From contig JBLDXI010000043.1 of assembly GCA_047495785.1 (NCBI GenBank), forward strand, positions 496,001 to 560,000: DNA of 64,000 bases, read 5' to 3'. This stretch comes from Lepidodermella squamata (Eukaryota > Animalia > Gastrotricha). Position numbers and translations under genes: made by a program. Shown piece after piece: positions 13,716 to 26,006 of the stretch (position 1 is the stretch's first letter; each line of letters starts with the position of its first letter). A model generated the notes under the pieces. That model made no database searches. It worked only from the letters and a program-made list of their open reading frames with translations, and was not told the origin of the DNA.

Positions 13716-15570
13716 ATGCTTCTCGAAATTCTCGGCATCTGCGTCGGTTCAACCGTAGCAGCGGTTTTGCTGCATTGGCTATACCACGTTGTTCAATTCA
13801 AACTGTCCAACTACCCACCCGGACCGATTCCACTACCGCTGATCGGCAACGCAAACTGGTTCATGAACACAAGACCTGCCGATGCGTTCAAAAGAATGCG
13901 AAACACCTACGGCGACGTAGTTACGTTCCATATCGGCCATTCAACGCGAATCGTCGCTTTTCTCGGCAACGATTTGACAATGAAAATGTTCACGAGCCGC
14001 GAAACTGCCGACATTTTCGCTGGCCGGCCGACTGGAATCAGCGACGGCCGGCAAGTCGCGAAGGGCATCATCCACGCCGATTGGCCAGATGCTCAGGAAC
14101 CTCGAAAGTTCGTCCTGCGATGCCTGAAAGAGTTCGGTCTAACGATATCTGGCAATAAGACCGCTCAAACCAGCGATCACATGGGCGAGGAGATGCAGCA
14201 GCTGGTCAAATTTTTAGAGGCCAACGCTGGCAAACCTGTTCGCATGATGGATCATCTTCAGGAGTACATTGGGAGCTGCGTAATGATCCCGCTACATGGG
14301 AAACGGCTTGATTTCTCTGATGGCAGGACAAAAGACCTGTTCAAGTCTGGCCAGGTGTTTTTCCAGTCGAATTTCATTCAGATGTTCTTTTCAATATACA
14401 GCGGCATCACGAGCCTGTTCTATCCAGATGAATTTCAAGGGTAAATTAACTTTTCGTGTTACTTCAACTGTTTTTGCGAATTCCTATCCAAAATGCGAAT
14501 TCCGAAATAGAGAATTTCCTTCATTCGCAATTCCATAGAGAAATTTTTCCCGAGAAAACTCGAGAAAACTTTCAGAAGTTTCCCAGTATTTTACTCTTGT
14601 TATTAGACAGCTTCTATTCCCACATACCAAAACCATCCCAGTTTGAGCTCTCCAATGTCTTTCATAGTATTATTTCGATTGCGACGGAGACTTAGGAATA
14701 ACTTGAAAATCAGAAATAGCTCAACTTACGAACCCATTTTAGGGCCGAGAAGCGAATGGAATCTATCATGTCAGAATGGTGCGAGCATGAGACTGCATTG
14801 AGACGGCCTAATTTCAAGCTAGGAATGCCTCTAAACGACTTTGTCGATGCATATCTGGCGTCTGAGCTCACACCGAATACGACCACGATGTCTTTCAAGC
14901 AATTCACGCGAGTTATGGTCGATATCTTCATTGGAGGGATGGAAACTACCTCTCAGAACACTGGCTGGGCCCTCTTCTATCTAGCCCACTATCCAGAGTG
15001 GCAGGAAAAGCTGTTCACGGAGATCGAAAGCGTTGTCCCATCGAATCAATACCCTGCTTTGAGCCACAGGTCTCAAATGGTTAAGCTGGAAGCTTTCACA
15101 AACGAAGTCCTACGGCATAGCAGATTCATGACAGTAAATTTTCATAAGTTTAACATATTTACAAAAATTATGACCTTCATTAGGTTACGATGTCGAAATG
15201 TACGAAAGAAAATGAGAACGGACGGCTGTGTGAAATCCCGGCCGGAACTCCAGTCATGTACATACCCGAGCTTTCTCATTCCGATGAAAAGTGTTTCGAG
15301 AATGCAGCACTATTCGATCCAAATCGATGGCTCTCCGCTGACGGGACTCAGCTGGTTACTCACAGTGACCATTTTATGGCATTCGGCGTAGGGAAGCGGA
15401 ATTGTATTGGAGAAACGGCTGCGAGGGCTATGATGTTTCTGTGCCTATCGAGTATGATTCAGCGATTCACGTGGAGATTTGCGAAACCTGTGCCGTTAAA
15501 TGCTTGCCACGAAGTGATTAACAGAAATCCACCCAAAGACTACGAACTCACATTCACAATAAGAGATTAA
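13716..15570 (+). CDS. Cytochrome P450, CYP2 clan (3 exons)
   Basis: Exons 13716-14440, 14743-15133, 15184-15570 join in frame through GT-AG introns. N-terminal membrane anchor, PPGPIPLPLIGN hinge, I-helix GGMETT, ExxR (EVLR), PxRW, heme motif FGVGKRNCIG; TATAAAA near 13658. Confidence 0.93.
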
Positions 15571-16160
15571 GAAATTCGTTCTCAGAAATTGTACCCTTTT
15601 GGAATAAAATCCGTACATAATTCCTCAATTTTATTCAAATTTCGGAAAAAATCAACTTCTGTGCATTTTGGCGACGGTGATAAACACGATTGGCGCAAAG
15701 AGCCCACCATTTTTAGACTTACATGTGTCAAACAACTCGCCGTTGTAGCCGCTACAGTATATCGGGTTTCAGCTTCATTTTGGGCTACATTTTCGAAATT
15801 TTTCTTACTGTTCAAACTGTGGCGTTCAAGTTTTCGCTTGAGGCTAAGATTATCAGTTTTGATGGCCTCCAGCTCACGCGCCGCAATAATTCCTCTGCTG
15901 TTTGAATTCTTACCGGCGAATTCTTCACGTTGTACCTCATCGCTGGCGATAGCTCTGTTGAACATTGAAGAATACCCGTACCGGCGCCTGAGCAATATGG
16001 CGGCTTTTCGCTAATGAACAGCGATTGCTATTTAATTTTTACGAATTGCACTTTCATACATAAATATACATACATAAAAATTTCATATTGACAAAATTAA
16101 CTTCCATACAGATTTTTTTCATGAAATCGTGTTTTTTAGCCAAACTGTGATCAGGAATTG

Positions 16161-16266
16161 GGGTTAGGGGTTAAGTGCCAGGATTCGGGTTCGGGTTAGG
16201 ATAAGGTTCAGAGTTTGGTTAGGGTTCAGCATTAAGCTTAGGGTTAGGTTAGTTCGAGTTTCGGGT
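16161..16266 (+). repeat. Degenerate TTAGGG-like hexamer tract
   Basis: GGGTTAGGG, GGGTTCGGGTTAGG and GGTTAGGGTT units with 6-bp periodicity. Confidence 0.6.
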
Positions 16267-16402
16267 ATCTACGAAGCTCGATTTTTGGGCCCTCTCGCTT
16301 CCTCAATAACCATTTTCATGCGGAAAAAATTGACTACGCTTTCAGATTTCAGAACCCCGTTTTTCTTTTACATAAACCGAAAACTAGTCATCTAGCATTT
16401 CC

Positions 16403-17200
16403 CATGTGACGTAGATAGGACGGCGCACTCAGAGCACGCCGGTTGACCAAAGACGTGTTCGCTTTTTAGCTCATGAATATTCAGAATAATTTGCAGCGTG
16501 AACATTTAAAATGACGGGACTCCGTTCGAATTCGTTTAAAATTAATTAGTTCAAGTTTCAAATGGGGAGCACTAGCCTAGTGGATAAGGAAGCTAGCCTA
16601 TGTGCATAAGGTCGTGGGTTCAACGCCTGCTGACGCCCGACGGTGGTTTAGCAATCCACTGGTGAGACAAAAAAATGCTACTCGAGTAGACAATGTGAAA
16701 CCATTGCTCGAGGCCCCTTGACGCTAGAGGTACGATAGAGTACATTATCCATGAGTACGCTGTACGCTCTAGAAGGGGTGTAGGGATCTGTAGGTGCGTC
16801 GTGTGACCCAGGATAGCGCCATGTGAGCGCGGTCCTCCCTCAACACTTACGCGCAAGGCTAACATCGAGCCTCGGCTAGGTATCATGAGGTGAAGTTATA
16901 TGCCGACGTTAAAAGCATATAAGATAATGTAATGTGTAAGTTTCAAAGATCGCAAAAAGTAGTGGTTTTGGCGCGATTTTCGAGATGTATCAAAGATGCA
17001 TATTTGAAGATGAATTGAAATGATGGATGGCGGCATCTGCTCAACATTTGATCAAAAGTCAACGCAAATAGCAAAAGAAAAATTGGGGTGCAAAATAATG
17101 TCATGATTCATCTCATTAAATTTGAAACGATGAACTTTGCTCTCTATGTCCGAAAACCTATGGAAAACCTCTAAGTGCGGCGTCCTATCCACCTCACATG
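16403..17200. mobile_element. MITE with 8-bp TSD (P-element or hAT-like), hosting a SINE
   Basis: About 33-bp TIR CATGTGA(C/G)GT(A/G)GATAGGACG(G/C)CGCACT; perfect TSD GCATTTCC at 16395-16402 and 17201-17208. Confidence 0.85.
16563..16937 (+). mobile_element. tRNA-derived SINE
   Basis: A box TAGCCTAGTGG and B box GGTTCAACGCC in a tRNA-like head, GC-rich body, (TAATG)n-like tail, 10-bp TSD AAGTTTCAAA at 16553-16562 and 16938-16947. Confidence 0.85.
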
Positions 17201-18692
17201 GCATTTCCCTGATGTTTTCAGCTTGAATTTAATGAAAAAATATGTATGAAAGTTGGCACCCTAATATTTATACGCCTTGTGGCACGCAGTATAATTATGC
17301 GTCAATCAACGAGTTTTATACTTGGGTAGTTGAGAGGAACACCCGTTGTGTAAAAATTAGTGAATATGGTTACATTCGAGGAGGAAGCCCCATCCATGAA
17401 GACCCGTTCAGTGTTTGTGAGCAAATTGAAGTCTTGCGACGAAACGAAAGCAGCGAAATAATAGCCGTCATTGGTCACCTCGGCTGAGAGCAAGAAAGGC
17501 CATTCCATCGACGTTCGCAGGAATCTTATACGAAAGGTCAAAAATGAACCTTGACTGCCTTTCACTCAAACGTACATTGCCTACCTTCAAAACCTGTCGT
17601 CTTCCTCAATATCAATGACCATCAATGACCAATGACCAACGCCGAGCAGTTTGTCTGGATTCGCTGGGAAATGAAGGCGGCAGATGCGAAAGCCGGTAGC
17701 AGGTAGCATCATAGCAGCTTTTGGATCCAAATCATCGAGTTAGAAAGATATAGAAATCAGTCATCAGGTAGTGTTCGTAGAGGCGAGGAGCAGCTTCCCG
17801 GGTTGTGCCATCCTTTGTTTTGCGAAGAGCCTGAGCATGCTCCTTTGCGAGCCGTTGCTCATTCGACTGCAGTGCTCCGCACAAGCGTCCACAGTTTGTT
17901 GGCTTTGGTGACTATAACTGCGCAAACAACAAACATTTTCTCGGTATCCATTTATGAAGATTTTCGGACAGCCTGTGATAAGAAATCCCTCTATGAGCGA
18001 GTTTTCAATTTTTAGAACGTAAATTTACAATAAGGCTGTAGTAGACGTAATTTCCTCGCCAATATTCACATCTTCTTTTCGGGTGCCGAGAAAGCATGGC
18101 AAAATCTATTGTTGAATATAGAAAAGACAAACAGTACTAAATGTCGACAATCTATCGGAATTGACATTCTCGATGACTTCTTCTTAGGCCTTCTTGATTG
18201 GTTTGAATACTTCAAGCCTGCTTCACACCCTCGATTAAGATGAAACTTTCTTTTTCTAAGAGTGCAACGGAATATGTGAACAGACCATACGACCTGAGGT
18301 TCTTTACCAGCCTGAAAATAAAACTCGGCGAAAGATTCCAACCAATTTTTGTCGCGTTCTTGTTCCGTGTTAACGTACTTAGCGGCATTTCCGACAATCT
18401 ATTCATAGGAATGGCTTTTTCCAGGTAGTATAAACAATGCGTGACGCAGATGAACATACAAACAAGTAAAATACGCAGCGACAAAACAAGAAGTTAATAA
18501 CATGTTATTGGTGCTATATATCTGATGAGAGAAGGATAATACGAGCTATCACCAATTCTTTATTGACAGCTGCAAAACGTAACGGACTAGAGGTTTGCCT
18601 ATAAAACCGAGGCGACAAAGCGCTCACAAACAGTATTCGTTTTCGATATTTCTTGATCTCTCACTAACATCCACCACCATCCGCAATCGGCA

Positions 18693-19076
18693 ATGCAGTC
18701 CAAGGTTGTTTTCTTGCTAGCTATCGTCGTACTGGCTGTCGCCTGCATTCAGCAAGCGAGCGCCGCACCCAAAACAACCAAACGCACAATCAGTAATAAT
18801 GAACATGTGTGGAGCGAAAGCTAGCTAATTTATATTTTTTCTCATTTCACAGCCAACATGAGCTACTTCACGAAGGAAGACACTTACTGCAAGGGCGAGT
18901 ATCGTCGCGTGAAGGCATGGGGCGATGACGAGTGTGCAAGGGAGTGCAGAATCGACCACGCGGGCTGTGTCGCGTTTTTCTACAATGATTTGATGTGCCT
19001 CTTGTACAAGGAATGCGTACCTGGCGCCAAGGTCAGGGGCACGATCTTCACATACAGGATGATCAAGCAAGGCTGA
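18693..19076 (+). CDS. Small secreted PAN/apple-domain protein (2 exons, about 107 aa)
   Basis: Exon 1 (18693-18792) encodes signal peptide MQSKVVFLLAIVVLAVACIQQASA; a 60-nt GT-AG intron follows; exon 2 (18853-19076) has ECAREC...CVAFFY...CLL, a PAN/apple pattern. TATAAAA near 18600 and AATAAA near 19220. Confidence 0.8.
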
Positions 19077-19964
19077 AAACCCTGCGAAGAAGAGAAAAAG
19101 CTGGTGCGAGCAGACGTGAGAAGAGACTTGGATGGGATGCCATACACACCGTTTATTCTTATTGCTGTGTTCTGTAATCTCTGAAATTTATGGATTGATG
19201 GCATTGATGGAACCCGAGAAATAAATATATATCACTACCTATACCCTGACATGCCACTCTAAATTTCAATGCAAAACATTAGGTGCTCCTATAATCGAGT
19301 GAATTGAAAAGGGTTCAAAAAGCATATTTCACTTTATAGTGGCATGACACTTAAAGTGCGGTAATACGGTAATTCAAAGTCCACACTTTCGTATCGAGCC
19401 ACCCGAAAACGTCCGGTTTAGACAACTTTCACTGTATAATATGTGGAGAGAGCGCAAACGAGGAACCTTGCTCCTATTTAGAGTTACATCTGTTTATTCC
19501 TGGGTAAGAGCGTTCGTTACCCCGTTATAGCGTGCCCTATTTAACACGTGATTAGAGCTAATTATTTCGCATGTAATATTGTCAGCTCGAGTTGACATTG
19601 ATGGCTCAAGTGACAGGGGTGTCTGACAACTCAATGTCCGGTTGCAATCAGCGGCTTTAATCCCACGATAACCGCATTAGATCGAAAGCAATAACAAATG
19701 CGAACTGCTGTTAAATGTCCTGTGTAATTATGCAATTTCAGAGAAATGACAACAATGTATACACAAATGCAAACAGCCCGAACTAGGTTAAATCGGACCA
19801 GTTTCTCGATTTGGACGCAGACCATCTTAATTGATTTCAAGACAAAGTTGAACCCATCGGATATTTTGGCGAGTGAATTAACAGCGAGTGAAAATTATAA
19901 GCAATGTATCGTCATCTTTGTAAGGGATTATTCTTTATCTGTATCATCCTATCAATCTTTCAAG

Positions 19965-20379
19965 GAAGAAATATTGCCTTGAAAGATTCGGGAATCATTG
20001 GAACGATGGGCGAAAAAGCTGTCGATAGCCAGAAAAATGCAGAGGGTTTGTTGTTATGACAATTTACATGAAAATGTACCTATACTATCGGTTTAATGTT
20101 AAATCAGCTCGCAAATGGCTGCTGGAGCTTTGTCAACTGCCGCATCCGCATGATAACGTCATGAAGACTCTGCTTGTGAGATATCGCGATACCCTTCGTC
20201 GACGTGCCCGAATGTCGCATTGCATGGAACTGTTCGACTCGAGAGCAGTCTGTGAAAATGTCACGTCGTTCTACTTCTGGGCACAAGGACTCGCTTCTGA
20301 AATCATGGCTGGCAAATACGACAAAGACGCATGTAAAATTCGGCAAAGAAGATCCTATCTATCGACATCGGAGCGGTAA
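19965..20379 (+). CDS. 3' exons of a gene of unknown family (paralog of 23660-24146); 5' end unresolved
   Basis: An exon at about 19965-20045 splices in frame to about 20108-20379, which encodes RARMSHCMELF...CEN.TSFYFWA..LASEIMAGKYD and aligns with the 23893-24146 exon. Confidence 0.6.
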
Positions 20380-20565
20380 CTAATTCCCTCGTCTCTATTC
20401 TATAAAACCTCACGCTACCCACTAAAATATGGATTCTTAACCCGAGCCATAAATTCACGAGAAATAGTATACATTTTCACACCGATTGCGAATGAGTGGA
20501 CGCAAGAATAATACTTTAACACTGATCAAACAAACTGATCATGTATAGGTTCGATTGAATAAATA

Positions 20566-21431
20566 CACAGGAAAAAAAAAGGCATGAATTCAGTTTTCAA
20601 AGGCATGAATCTCAGCACGCGACATGAATTTGGGGAAAAAAATCGAGCCCTAACTTGGGGGCATGAAATACAAGGATTTTTGAGACCCTAATTCACGCTT
20701 TTTTATGAAAGCTTGTAAATCATGTGCTTGATTTTCATGCCTTTCTAAGCGCATTATATATCAAGTGAAATAACACACTGCATTGATATTTATTCTTCAG
20801 TTACTGAACTTTTCGGGCTACAATAAGCATTGAGACGAGGTATCCACCCAATTTCGATCAAGTTTAATATCTCATAGCATTGGATCGAGCAGAAAACACT
20901 TCACGATGATCAAAATGATATCAATTATCGTTAATTTGACAGAGTCGAGTGATCCTAAATAACCCAGATTGCATCTTAGTTACAGTTCAGATTGGAATTG
21001 AGCATTTCGTTCCTAAACAAGCCGCGGTGCATCGGCCCTAATGCTAGTTTTTCGGCGCTGAAAATTTTTCAGTTAAAAAAAGTACAAGTCCAACAGAGAA
21101 ATGGGAAGATTAGGCGATGTGAGCATTAGTTTTCATCTAAGCATTGGTAGTAAAGTGGTAAGAATCCTCGCCTGTAACTCTAGAGACTAGGGTTCGAATC
21201 CCCGCCAATGCGTCATTTTTCTGCTCTTTATTTTTTACCTCATTTAAATATGCACACATCTAAAAATTCAAAACCCATGAATTCGGGGGTTGTAAAATAA
21301 CGTTCATGCGCTTAATGCCTTTGCAAAAAAAGCATGAAAAAGGATACGCATAGGGCCCGAATTACAAGGAACGCGTGTGAGCTCGCTAATGTTAGCAAAA
21401 AGCCTGTATTCATGCCTTTTTTTTTCCTGTG
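20566..21431. mobile_element. Non-autonomous CACTA/EnSpm-like element (CAC...GTG ends, TA TSD) containing a tRNA-like cassette
   Basis: TIR CACAGG-A(n)-GGCATGAAT at both ends, TA on both flanks, multiple subterminal GGCATGAA/TTCATGC motifs. Confidence 0.8.
21141..21212 (+). pseudogene. tRNA-Gly-derived pseudo-tRNA (GTA at anticodon position) with Pol III signals
   Basis: Perfect acceptor stem GCATTGG/CCAATGC as in eukaryotic tRNA-Gly, A-box-like AGTGGTA, B box GGTTCGAATCC and T5 at 21216-21220. D, anticodon and T stems are mispaired. Confidence 0.65.
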
Positions 21432-21475
21432 TAAAAAAAACGCCATTTTTACTGCAATTAAATTCACATTTTAAG

Positions 21476-22591
21476 TTACTCAAATTTCAAGTAGCTCAGC
21501 AAGATAGGAGGCAAAACGCTGCCTAATCCTTTATCTATAGCCTCGGCTCGTTTCCTGTAGCCAGTTGGCAGTCGGTTGAGAATCGCCATTCTGCAAATGG
21601 CCTGCAGCTTCATCGGGAAAAGCTGCATCACATAAGGCATCAACAGTTGATGCACGCCGGCTCCAACAACATCGCTAGGATCCGGCTTGTAGTCTTCTGG
21701 GTGGAATGACGATGTCATCCGGGAGAAGAGAAGAATTCCGATCAAGCGATCATCTAGTTGATTCGGGTTGTTGATCCTGTCACAGGCCCATCGTGCGATG
21801 ATCAAGCTTGTGAAATAATCATCCTTAGCGCAATGCTCGCACAGAAAACCTGATTTGGCCAGAGATTTGAAGAGCTCGGCTCTTGCGCCTCGCGGAAAAA
21901 CAACCGGCTCCACCCCTCCTATATTATCGTGATCTGCGTCGTGGAGATACAAGCTGCCAATCGTGCATGATGTCCATGAGTTTGAGTTGCCCTCAGGGCT
22001 GTGGGTATTCTTGAGATGCGCTCCAGCTTCGATGAGAAATTTTGCAATCTCCCATTGTTCATTATGGCAGGCAATATTCAAAACAGAGGCTCCACCTTCC
22101 GGTACATTGATATTCGCCCCACGGGCCACTAGTAGCTCAACCAAAGGCTTCAGTTCATGATCTACGCTCAATTTTAAAGCTGTGTACCGATTTGGGTCGA
22201 CGTAATTTATATTGGCACCGTGATCAAGTAAAATTTGCGAAGTTTTTACTCTGTCGTCAATCCGATCACCATCTCGGCGCTCTGTTGTGGTGTTCCACGA
22301 AACTGTGTTGATCTCAAGCTGTCGGATCGTTGGATCGCAAGCTGCTGTCAAACACGAGTAGCCTAACGAGTGAAGAGAGTCACTTTTGCTAAAAAAGTTC
22401 GCTTCTAAATTCGCTTGTGTCTTTGACAGTAGGTAGCTTAGACATTTGTGGCTTGCTGCCGCGCTGGTCACTCGAGCGATTTGGTCGGCTCCCAGCGACA
22501 AAATGGCCACGTCGAGAACGGTTGAGAAGTGAGCAAGGTCATCGTCTTCACAAGCTTGGGCGAATTCCGCAAGGTCTAACTCGAGGCTCAT
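21476..22591 (-). CDS. Ankyrin repeat and SOCS-box protein (ASB-like E3 adaptor), intronless, about 371 aa
   Basis: Ankyrin repeats (LLDHGANIN...YTALKLSV...LLVARGANIN...SVLNIAC) and a C-terminal SOCS box PMKLQAICRMAILNRL...LPPILLSYL. Start at M22591 is inferred. Confidence 0.85.
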   Translation of the reverse strand: MSLELDLAEFAQACEDDDLAHFSTVLDVAILSLGADQIARVTSAAASHKCLSYLLSKTQANLEANFFSKSDSLHSLGYSCLTAACDPTIRQLEINTVSWNTTTERRDGDRIDDRVKTSQILLDHGANINYVDPNRYTALKLSVDHELKPLVELLVARGANINVPEGGASVLNIACHNEQWEIAKFLIEAGAHLKNTHSPEGNSNSWTSCTIGSLYLHDADHDNIGGVEPVVFPRGARAELFKSLAKSGFLCEHCAKDDYFTSLIIARWACDRINNPNQLDDRLIGILLFSRMTSSFHPEDYKPDPSDVVGAGVHQLLMPYVMQLFPMKLQAICRMAILNRLPTGYRKRAEAIDKGLGSVLPPILLSYLKFE

Positions 22592-23659
22592 TTTGAGAGG
22601 CTTTTTGGATGTATGCGTTAAAACGAGAAATATGTGCGCAGCAGGCTGATAAGGAACTTGTGATACACGAGAAATAAGTGGGTGGGTGGTCTGGTGGGTG
22701 CATTTCATACTATATTAGGTATTAAATCATATACGAAGCTGCAGTAACGGTGGGAAATTACAGATTTTTCCATGGTAAAATTAGTCGAGCTGACCTGATT
22801 GTTTTGATTTTTTCATATCAACAGCGCAAAAACAGTGCGCTTCAGTTGATAAATAGTACCTAGAAGTTGATATTTTCAGTGACCAGTGAATTCCCAAATG
22901 GCCTACATTTTTGTTGAACCTCGCCACGTCAGATACGCTTCAGATTGCTTCCGTCATTGATGATTCGCATTTTTGCTCGGTCGAAAGTGAGTATTTCAAG
23001 TGACTGATAAAAGCGTATGAAAACGAATGACGAACGCGGATATGCATGAGTGAGACGAATTTTTGTATACTGAATGATCACCTGCGCATCAAGCGTAGCG
23101 TATTTGAGTGCCACGCTCCAATTTCTGCGAGCGATGCGTGTGACATCCAAGTGCGATACTCAACGAGCGACCTATTTCCAGTTCAGGCTTTTAATGAGTG
23201 AGCAAATTATCGATCTGACAGAGAAAAACATTCCGGATTCCGGCTTTAAAGGCTATTAGCGTCAAAAATCACAGTTCTAGTTATGCAGTTATTCACAAGC
23301 CCATTGAAATTACGCCCATGAGCCTAATCAAATCAGGGCCACAGCTATGCTTGTTCCACGAACCCATGTCACAAAATTAACGAGCGCTGAACCTTGACAT
23401 TGTCTTATCGTGACATATCGAAGTTGTAGGGGGGCAGCATTCTTTTTCGGGAGACATTGAACCATTATTTATGATGATAAATTAAAATCGGTCCGAGTTC
23501 GCGATTCAAAATGTCTGATGTCTAAGCTCTTGAATTGCATCGCAGCACTGAACCCGGAAAAACGTCATCGATTTTTGTCCTACGGCGAGATTGTTTAATG
23601 ACTGTCATTCTAGGTATTTAAATTGCCGGTGAAGCTGCATACCTGTCGCATTTAAAAAT

Positions 23660-24146
23660 ATGACTCGCCACATCTTTACTTATCTAACTTACTTATTTAT
23701 CTTCTCGATATCGAGTCTACACGGAGTCGATATGAAAAAAGCAACAAAACTTCGAGCTACATCGACTCCTGCCACCACATCAACTACAACGCCAGTTCCT
23801 ATCAGCATTCGAACCGATCAGCGTGCCGATAGTAATATTTTGTTAATAGGTTGCTGCAGAATTGAGAGCATATTTCATATTTCCTCCTTTAGATGCCAAG
23901 AAAATCGAGGTCCTGAGGCTATTGCAGAAGTCGCCTGAAGCCGTGCGGGATATGATGGTGAACTACAAGAAAGTCGCTCTTCACCGAGCTCGTCTGGCGC
24001 ACTGCATGAAGCTGTTTCAGTCTCAGCCTCTTTGCGAGAATCACTCCGCGTTCTACATGTGGGCTCGGCTGCTGGCTTTTGGAATAATGTCTGGAAAATA
24101 TGATAGGGACGTTCTTGCTGGAACTTCGCAATCTTTGATATCATAG
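23660..24146 (+). CDS. Secreted protein: signal peptide, Thr-rich stalk, unrecognised Cys-containing helical domain (2 exons)
   Basis: Exon 1 (23660-23831), 61-nt GT-AG intron, exon 2 (23893-24146) in frame. TATTTAAA near 23615. Paralog at about 20108-20379. Confidence 0.75.
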
Positions 24147-24419
24147 GAATATATTGTTTAGTATATGCCTTCAACAGGCTGTTTCAATATTACTATATAA
24201 ACCTTGTTGTTCGGAGGCTTTGATCGCAACCACAATTTTTATTCATTCAAGTTAACAAAGATGTCCATTCTCAGCAAATGAATCGCATTGAAAAGAATTG
24301 GGGAATAAATAAACCTGGTTGGGGAAGATTAGAGGTTTGCAGAGCCGGCCGAAAACCCGTTTTTTTCCAAATGCATCGGGCGATTTTACTAGTTGCGGTA
24401 ATTCTTGAAACAATATATC

Positions 24420-25020
24420 AAAGGTCTTCAGCAAGCCAAGATTTTGCCCTGTGCCAAGTTTTAGCTCTGCCCATGATGATCACGGGCCTCAGTAACTTCG
24501 AAAGTGACAGGGTCTTGCTAGGCGGGGGTTTTCATGCCTCACTGGGGTCTATAAATTCCCAGAAGAACATCTGAAACCTCGGGTTCCCCGACTGGTCGTT
24601 TGTCCCTGGAATCGCTCTTGAGTACAATAAGTTGAAACACTTGCTTGAGGCCCGCGATGGGGCTGGCGTTGGTTACACGTGTGCAGTGCCCCGTCACCAT
24701 GCCCCCCGCCAATGCAGTAGCACACGGGACAGCCGCAGTGAAAAACCAGCGGCGAGCAATGGGGGACAGGTGGCAACTGCCTGAGAGGAAGGCCGCACCA
24801 TGAGAAGCGCCTCCGAAAACAGGGGCTATGCATCGAGCTCAAAATTTCAGTGCCGATAAATTTTATCCACTTTAACGATCTCTGTTCTGGCGCCTGAGCA
24901 AACACAGGCCTATGAAATAGTGATCCAATCTCGAGTCGATTTAAACATTTTGTCTTAATTGGGACAGTAACGCAAGGAGTCAGGCGACAGGCGATCAACA
25001 GGTTGTATGTTGTATTGTAT
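24420..25020 (+). mobile_element. Non-coding GC-rich retroelement with (TTGTA)n tail, probably an internally deleted RTE-type LINE derivative
   Basis: GC-rich island ending GTTGTATGTTGTATTGTA with no credible ORF. Resemblance to RTE 5' UTRs is from memory and no clear TSD was found. Confidence 0.45.
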
Positions 25021-26006
25021 ACGTAAAATATCTTTCACCTGTCTTAACCAAAGCCTCGAGTTTGGCCGTTGACATTCGCGTCGATTCGCCATCGGTTATA
25101 GTTTGAGCGGTAAGAAACTCATTTCGACGACATTTTGAATTGTTCAAAACGCTGGCATCTCAAATCCGCTCAATCCACACGCTGAAATGCACACACACAT
25201 TTGAGAAAGAGTTCATTGAATGATCGATTGGCATCAAATCAGATCCAACGCATGGCCTTAACTAGTTGTCGCCGACTAGGTTTGTGAAAACGCTGAGAAA
25301 ATTTGTTAACAAGTGTTTTATTCAAAATTCCACATGCCGGATTTTTCGGCGCTGCTAACAAGGAATATAACAAGGAATCAGTGATCATAAAAGATGACGC
25401 ACGTAAAGGAATCACCGGAAAATTACAGTAAAAGATCATATTGAGAAAATTATTAATAACAACAACAGGGGCGTTAGATGTGATCCAGCTTTTCATCCAT
25501 GTATTGTCGATGATGATGACATCTGAAATGAAAAAACACAGTTATTACCTTATTAGTCAGTTCTATGACTTGAGACCACGAAATCTAAGACCTCCTAACC
25601 TCCTTAACCTCCTAACTTAACATCTTACTGGCCGATTTTCGGCAAATTTACCAAATTTTAAATTTTTCAAAATGCGTCAATCCAGATTTCAGCCAAATTA
25701 CATGGCTATTTGAGGGATAGTACTACGAACGACAGGGAATCGTGAACCTGGCAAAAAGGTAGCGTGGGTAGCGCCGTCCTAATTTCGGACAGCCTGAATT
25801 TTAAATCGAAGAAATTTGTCCGTTTTGCAGCTGCTGAAGATTATTTTTGCTCGCAATCATTTCATACCACCTTGGCCAAGTAAATCCAGCTTAAAATAGC
25901 CTACAATCGTGGTTTTATACTGAAATCAGATCGCGGATGACGAAAGATCATCCCACCTAGATTGTTTTGCAAATTGATATCCGGCCGATGTATTGTGTGT
26001 TGTTTT

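Noticed and set aside
15582-16014. Overlapping 137-aa and 141-aa ORFs downstream of the P450
   Set aside because: The minus strand could be an orphan coiled-coil exon, but no partner exons or recognisable domain were found.
16161-16266. True telomere or chromosome fusion site
   Set aside because: The tract is short and highly degenerate, and a similar one occurs inside the MITE at 42164-42638, so a transposon origin is more likely.
17242-18503. Possible degenerate minus-strand secreted or PAN-like gene (TVDACAEHC near 17870) and nearby short ORFs
   Set aside because: No in-frame ATG for the signal-like segment and no consistent exon chain could be built.
21141-21212. Functional tRNA-Tyr or recoding tRNA (Gly body with GTA anticodon)
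   Set aside because: Anticodon, D and T stems do not pair properly, so it is treated as a pseudo-tRNA.
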